39,667 bases of DNA. Source: a virus. Taxonomy: Duplodnaviria > Caudoviricetes. Under the pieces are notes generated by a model. The model was not told the origin of the DNA. It worked only from the letters and a program-made list of their open reading frames with translations, and made no database searches. This document shows positions 35,618-39,667 of this stretch, piece by piece; position 1 is the stretch's first letter, and the number at the start of each line of letters is the position of its first letter. The position numbers and the translations under genes are program-made. The stretch is from the IMG/VR virus record IMGVR_UViG_3300018073_000012, positions 1-39,667 of that record. One strand, written 5' to 3'.

Positions 35618-36285
35618 CAGGCGCTCCTGACGTCGAGCCAGTCGCGCCGGTGCCCGCCGCCGAGCGCATCGAGCGCCTGCACGAACCGCCGGACCCGCGG
35701 CCTGCTCTTCAGTTCGATCGCGACCGACGCCGCGACCCGCTCCGCACTGGTGTCGATCGGCGGCCGTCGATCGAACTGGCGCATCCGATAGGCCTTGTCG
35801 GCGATCTGCTTGATGCGCGCGCCGCTGAGGCCGAACCGTCGACCGATCGCCCGCAGCGTGAGCCCGGCCTCACGCATCGCGACCACCGTCTCGCCGCGCT
35901 CCCAAGCGACCTGACTGATCACAAGCGTCCCGTCGTCGAGCATGTCGCTCCACTCGATGCGGCTGCGGCGCTCGCGGTGCGTCTCCTCGGGCGGCTTGGT
36001 CTTACGCCGCCACGCGGACGCCGTCGCGGCCCGCGACAGGGCCTCGTTGAGGTGCGGCCCGCGGTAACGCTCCTGCAGGCCCTGGACCCACTGGGTGTGC
36101 TCCGCGGCCCGCTGCTCGTACAGCCGCTGCCAGTCCTCGCCCCGTGTGCGGGCCGCGGCGAGAAGATCGCGCTCTCTCGCCATCTGCTGCCGGGCGCGCC
36201 GGGCTGCCAGCTCTTCCAGATGCGCGTCCATGTTGAGCAGCCTCCGCCACAGCTCCAGCTCGACCGGCGTCATCGGGTTAGTCAT
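35617..36285 (-). CDS. Protein with sigma70 region-4-like HTH
   Basis: AMREAGLTLRAIGRRFGLSGARIKQI..KA; coiled-coil N-terminus. Confidence 0.65.
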   Translation of the reverse strand: MTNPMTPVELELWRRLLNMDAHLEELAARRARQQMARERDLLAAARTRGEDWQRLYEQRAAEHTQWVQGLQERYRGPHLNEALSRAATASAWRRKTKPPEETHRERRSRIEWSDMLDDGTLVISQVAWERGETVVAMREAGLTLRAIGRRFGLSGARIKQIADKAYRMRQFDRRPPIDTSAERVAASVAIELKSRPRVRRFVQALDALGGGHRRDWLDVRSA

Positions 36286-36403
36286 AGCGACCGAACCTCC
36301 CGCGCCCGTAGGCAACCAGCTGATGCCAGATCGCACTGAGATAGTAGATCACGACCCCCTGCAGGCCGATCATCACAATAACGCCGATTTCGACCGCGGT
36401 CAC
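36278..36403 (-). CDS. Small single-TM protein (41 aa), below ORF-track cut-off
   Basis: VTAVEIGVIVMIGLQGVVIYYLSAIWHQL...; GTGA overlap with the TerL stop. Confidence 0.5.
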   Translation of the reverse strand: MTAVEIGVIVMIGLQGVVIYYLSAIWHQLVAYGRGRFGRYD

Positions 36404-37761
36404 AGCTGTATTCCCCTGCGCCGATCGGGCGGTGGCGGGATATGGAAACCGACGCTCGGCGGCGGCTCCGGCTCACGCAGCGGCGCAGGCTGCCAGCTCA
36501 GAGCCAGATAGCGAAAAGCATCAGCAGGATGGCTAGTCCAGTCGTGAACGTGAGAAGCACGAAACGTCTTTTTCTCGTCATCCCATTCACGCCGGTACTG
36601 TTCGAGCGCCGCAAGTCCGCTCTCCTCGCAGCGCGGATGAAAGACGCAGAGCGGTAGCGTGCGTCGCGCGGCATTGATGCCGTCACTGATGGAGACGTGC
36701 GGTGCCATCCGGGGGTGTAGACCCAAACTCTGCATAGTCTCGACGCGCGTTCGGCCCGACCCCCATTCCATGACCTTGGCGTCGTGCGGCACCCAGTCGT
36801 CGCCATGCGCCCACCCCCGCTCTGTCTCGCGCCGATTGATCTCGTCGCGGTACCACTCGACGCCGACGCCGCTCGTCGACAGGCAATCATAGACGTAGAC
36901 CTGCCCACCGCGCACGGTGAACCACCAGATCGAGGTATCGTCGGTGACGCCCAGGTCCCATGCGCGATGCACCAGCTCGCCGGGCAGCGGCTCGATCTCG
37001 CGCACGCGCTCCTCAGTGCGGACTTCGGCCATCTCGAATGCGTAGATCGCGCCGAGAATGGCGGCCTGCCAGTCGCACAGATACTCCTGACGATACTGCG
37101 CCCGACCGACGTCCTCACCGTACAGCGCGGTGTACTCTTTCAGGGTTTCGGCAAGAGCCTCGTCTGATAGGGCACCAGTGTCTTTGACGGTGAGGAGTTC
37201 GGCGAACCATCTTGGAGACTGCTGGGCATGTCGAAAAAGGTCCAACGCATGATTGCGTCCGCGGGGAGTAGTGATGAACGTCGCCCAGCCGTTGTTCTCT
37301 TCGACCATTGGCCGGTGATATGCCCACGCTGAGGGATTTGCGAGCGCGTATTCCGAGTAGACGATCCCGGCGACGCCTGCGCCAACGGTGGCGTCGTAGC
37401 GATCACTACCAATGCACTGCCATGTGCTTCCGTTCTTGAAACGGATGAACATTGATCCTTGATCAATGTTCTCGATGAAGTCACTAGGGAACGCTTCTTC
37501 GATGCGTCTCTTCCCGGTATGCGCATTGACTGCACTCCAGATTGATTTGCGGGCCTGCTCGAACTCTGGGAGACAGTGCCAGTACGAGGCCGGGCGTTTG
37601 ACCGCGGCGACAGCAGTGTGGTGAAGCGCAACCTCGTCCTTCCCGGCACGCCGGTGCCAGATCGCGACCGCGCGTTTGCCTCCGGCCTGCAGGTACTGCC
37701 AGAGCGCCATCTGATGCGGCCGCGGCGTCCACTTATTGTGCGGCAGCGTGATGTCAATCAT
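36400..37761 (-). CDS. terL: Terminase large subunit
   Basis: PRPHQ, HRRAGKD, Walker B GIVYSE, ITTPRG, QEY.C, nuclease WDLG..D, SHPADAFRYL. Confidence 0.93.
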   Translation of the reverse strand: MIDITLPHNKWTPRPHQMALWQYLQAGGKRAVAIWHRRAGKDEVALHHTAVAAVKRPASYWHCLPEFEQARKSIWSAVNAHTGKRRIEEAFPSDFIENIDQGSMFIRFKNGSTWQCIGSDRYDATVGAGVAGIVYSEYALANPSAWAYHRPMVEENNGWATFITTPRGRNHALDLFRHAQQSPRWFAELLTVKDTGALSDEALAETLKEYTALYGEDVGRAQYRQEYLCDWQAAILGAIYAFEMAEVRTEERVREIEPLPGELVHRAWDLGVTDDTSIWWFTVRGGQVYVYDCLSTSGVGVEWYRDEINRRETERGWAHGDDWVPHDAKVMEWGSGRTRVETMQSLGLHPRMAPHVSISDGINAARRTLPLCVFHPRCEESGLAALEQYRREWDDEKKTFRASHVHDWTSHPADAFRYLALSWQPAPLREPEPPPSVGFHIPPPPDRRRGIQL

Positions 37762-37942
37762 CTGCTTTGCTCATGATGTCGCGCAGCTCCTCGACACGCT
37801 GATGCAATTGCCTCAGCTCGGTCGAGTAGTGCCCATCCATACGCGGATGGTTGAACTGCTGCGCGATCAATTCGAGCGCGACGGTGATGCGCTCGAACAT
37901 CTCGTGGATTGTCACGCTCTTGTGCGGATCGCCATCGCGCAT
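37754..37942 (-). CDS. Small coiled-coil protein
   Basis: Operon position; overlaps the TerL start. Confidence 0.55.
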   Translation of the reverse strand: MRDGDPHKSVTIHEMFERITVALELIAQQFNHPRMDGHYSTELRQLHQRVEELRDIMSKADD

Positions 37943-37946
37943 CGCG

Positions 37947-38123
37947 TCAGCCGTGAACCGGTGCGCCGAACACGCGCCAGCCCAGCAGCAAGAACAGCAG
38001 GAACAGCAGCAACGAGTTGCCGAGCGGGCCGTGTGCCGCGATGCCTGCCCAATTCCAATTCCACGCGAGTGCGAACAGCAGCCAGATCAGCATCAGTATC
38101 CAGAAGATTAGACCGAGAGACAT
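37947..38123 (-). CDS. Small two-TM membrane protein (58 aa; holin candidate), below ORF-track cut-off
   Basis: MSLGLIFWILMLIWLLFALAW...LLLFLLFLLLGWRVFGAPVHG; GGAGG RBS. Confidence 0.75.
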   Translation of the reverse strand: MSLGLIFWILMLIWLLFALAWNWNWAGIAAHGPLGNSLLLFLLFLLLGWRVFGAPVHG

Positions 38124-38132
38124 CGTAGCCTC

Positions 38133-38387
38133 CTATTTGTCGTCGTCTTTCTTCTTCGCTGCTCCGCCCTCCAGAATTGTCCTGATCGTCACGCGGATGT
38201 CGCCCTCGCCATCTGCGCCGGTGTGCGGCTGTGCTGGCTTGCCCCAGCCGCGCTCCAGCAGCGCGACGCACGCTGCGACCCTCGCGCGCTCGCTCTCGCC
38301 ATTCAGCGCGACGCCAGCGAGAGACTTCAAGCACATCTCAGTGTGAGAGCGCGCCAAAGAACGCAAATCGATTGGGGCCTTCGCCAT
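38133..38387 (-). CDS. Putative terminase small subunit
   Basis: LARSHT...L...A.....RVAA...LLERGWGKP.Q..TG.DG pattern; upstream of TerL. Confidence 0.65.
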   Translation of the reverse strand: MAKAPIDLRSLARSHTEMCLKSLAGVALNGESERARVAACVALLERGWGKPAQPHTGADGEGDIRVTIRTILEGGAAKKKDDDK

Positions 38388-38597
38388 TTAAGTCCTAGGT
38401 GTGTTGTCTTGCCTGTCGTTCTCGTCAATCGCCGTGAACAGCGCCTGCAGGAGCTGGTTGACGTCGTGCAGCAGGTTGTCGACGTCGACGCGCAACGCCC
38501 TGACGTCGCTGCGCAGCTGTGTGATCTCGCGGTCCATCACGGCCGCGACTTCGTTGAACCGGGCATCGATCTCGTTGCTGATTTTCAAGCCTGCCAT
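38388..38597 (-). CDS. Small coiled-coil protein
   Basis: Heptad pattern; abuts the TerS start. Confidence 0.6.
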   Translation of the reverse strand: MAGLKISNEIDARFNEVAAVMDREITQLRSDVRALRVDVDNLLHDVNQLLQALFTAIDENDRQDNTPRT

Positions 38598-38608
38598 GGC
38601 ATGCTTTT

Positions 38609-38642
38609 TGGTCCGGGTAATTCCGGGTAATTACCCGGACCA
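38609..38642. promoter_or_regulatory. Palindrome/tandem CCGGGTAA element upstream of the packaging genes
   Basis: Perfect 18-bp palindrome 38622-38639; 12-bp IR 38609-38620/38631-38642. Confidence 0.5.
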
Positions 38643-38680
38643 TCATTCAGCTTAACAGCCGCGATCGTCAAGTTGAGCGG

Positions 38681-38806
38681 TCAGAGCCAGCCCCACGAAA
38701 TAAGCTTGAAGATGAGCCAGTAGAGCGGAAGGGCAACGGCGGCGATCATCACCATGTGGATGAGGGCGACACCGATCAGGCCGAGCAGAAGGAGCAGGGC
38801 GTCCAT
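38681..38806 (-). CDS. Small hydrophobic membrane protein (41 aa)
   Basis: TGATG coupling to the HTH gene. Confidence 0.55.
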   Translation of the reverse strand: MDALLLLLGLIGVALIHMVMIAAVALPLYWLIFKLISWGWL

Positions 38807-39054
38807 CAGTTCGACCCCCTGATCCACTTTGGCACCAGCGGCTCGACCTTGTGCGCGATGCAGGCGCGCAGCAGCAGCACCTGCGCTGCGGGGATCATGG
38901 CGTCGCCCGAAAGATAGCGCCGCGACGTCCGCGCCGAGACGCCCAGATAGCGGCCCGCGGAGGCCTGATTGAGGCCCAAAGCCCGAATTGCACGGCCGTA
39001 GGCACGCGGCGACATCGACCGCTCCATCTGCCAATCGTCAGTCGTTTCAGCCAT
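38806..39054 (-). CDS. XRE-like HTH transcriptional regulator
   Basis: LGLNQASAGRYLGVSARTSRRYLSG...IP; AAGGAG RBS. Confidence 0.8.
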   Translation of the reverse strand: MAETTDDWQMERSMSPRAYGRAIRALGLNQASAGRYLGVSARTSRRYLSGDAMIPAAQVLLLRACIAHKVEPLVPKWIRGSN

Positions 39055-39073
39055 TTAGCTCTCCTTTTGAGCG

Positions 39074-39113
39074 CGCATATGCGTCGGCGCACAAATGTGC
39101 GTTTCGCATATGC
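39074..39113. promoter_or_regulatory. Paired GCATATGC palindromes (operator candidates or hairpin)
   Basis: CGCATATGCG 39074-39083 and CGCATATGC 39105-39113 flanking CGCACAAATGTGCG. Confidence 0.5.
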
Positions 39114-39166
39114 TCTTTTATGTGCTTGGCCGCATGTGGTCAAGCTGTCCGGCCGGTCTATGGGAC

Positions 39167-39195
39167 TTGACAGGTAGGACAGCCGGTCCTATAGG
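39167..39195 (+). promoter_or_regulatory. Putative early sigma70 promoter
   Basis: TTGACA-N17-TATAGG with TAGGAC-N5-GTCCTA IR; similar to 7662. Confidence 0.7.
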
Positions 39196-39221
39196 TGGGG
39201 CGTCAACAACGGAGCAAGCAA

Positions 39222-39554
39222 ATGCAGAACGAGTTTCAGAACGCCTACCAGACCTCGCAGGCGCTCCAGCGCCAGACCAATTCCTACGCGGTGCCGGAGG
39301 GCATGTTCGCCGTCGTCGAGTGCTCGCTGGCCTACTGCCAATTCACTGACGCGACCCTGCCGAACCCCGACCGTCGCGTGGTTCGCTACTACGGCTCGCG
39401 CCGCATCGCCGAGCACGTTGCCGCCCGCAAGAACGCCGAGCTGGCGGACCTCTACGCGGAGGATGGCGGCTGCGAGGCTTGGTACGAGGTCAGCCCCAAG
39501 CTGCCCCGCCCGGTGCTGGTCGCCGCCCCCATCGATGATGAAATCCCGTTCTGA
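39222..39554 (+). CDS. Hypothetical early protein with SSB-like tail DDEIPF
   Basis: GGAG RBS; C-terminus PIDDEIPF. Confidence 0.75.
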   Translation: MQNEFQNAYQTSQALQRQTNSYAVPEGMFAVVECSLAYCQFTDATLPNPDRRVVRYYGSRRIAEHVAARKNAELADLYAEDGGCEAWYEVSPKLPRPVLVAAPIDDEIPF

Positions 39555-39591
39555 CCGAACGGCCTAACCCCCTCAACAACGGAGAACGACC

Positions 39592-39667
39592 ATGACCGAC
39601 CAATCCTCAGTGACTTACGACCGCGACGGCAACGCCGTCTGCTTCTCAGGCCCGGACGCCGTCCACA
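39592..39667 (+). CDS. Hypothetical protein, truncated (MTDQSSVTYDRDGNAVCFSGPDAVH...)
   Basis: TCAACAACGGAG leader/RBS then ATG 39592; open to the window edge. Confidence 0.6.
   Translation, partial: MTDQSSVTYDRDGNAVCFSGPDAVH

Larger units (their letters stand above)
1..39667. mobile_element. Tailed dsDNA phage (podovirus-like), partial genome, probable alphaproteobacterial host
   Basis: Ordered TerL-portal-scaffold-MCP-adaptor-nozzle-ejection protein-fibre module with no tape measure or sheath; primase-helicase; GcrA; no host housekeeping genes. Confidence 0.93.

Noticed and set aside
1-39667. Complete circular genome or terminal repeats
   Set aside because: The ends do not overlap and both truncate ORFs on converging strands

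Overview
High-GC, densely coding segment of a tailed dsDNA phage with a podovirus-like morphogenesis module. The host is most likely an alphaproteobacterium (GcrA homologue, alphaproteobacterial-type Cro-like gene, VPGP-type PEP-CTERM protein). Layout: (i) a minus-strand replication/regulation operon (1-7382) with Prim-Pol/RepA-type primase-helicase, putative SSB, PD-(D/E)XK exonuclease, VRR-NUC, GcrA, Cro-like gene and a repeat-rich putative origin; (ii) a plus-strand early/accessory operon (7440-11855) ending in a secreted PEP-CTERM-type protein; (iii) a long minus-strand late region (39054 to 11956) with TerS, TerL, portal, accessory head-region genes (ART-like, two IPT/TIG proteins), scaffold, major capsid, adaptor, collagen fibre, nozzle, GNAT, ejection proteins and tail fibre; (iv) the start of a second early operon (39222-end). 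No integrase, CI-type repressor, DNA polymerase, endolysin, reverse transcriptase or CRISPR array was recognised; both ends cut ORFs, so the genome is incomplete. Most notable: a ~275-nt highly structured non-coding element in the head module (29010-29283); a short R-[D/N]-x-I-x-x-A-L-like helix motif shared by the scaffold and several putative internal/cargo proteins; and a phage-borne PEP-CTERM-type surface protein. All family calls come from motif recognition by eye, not database searches.
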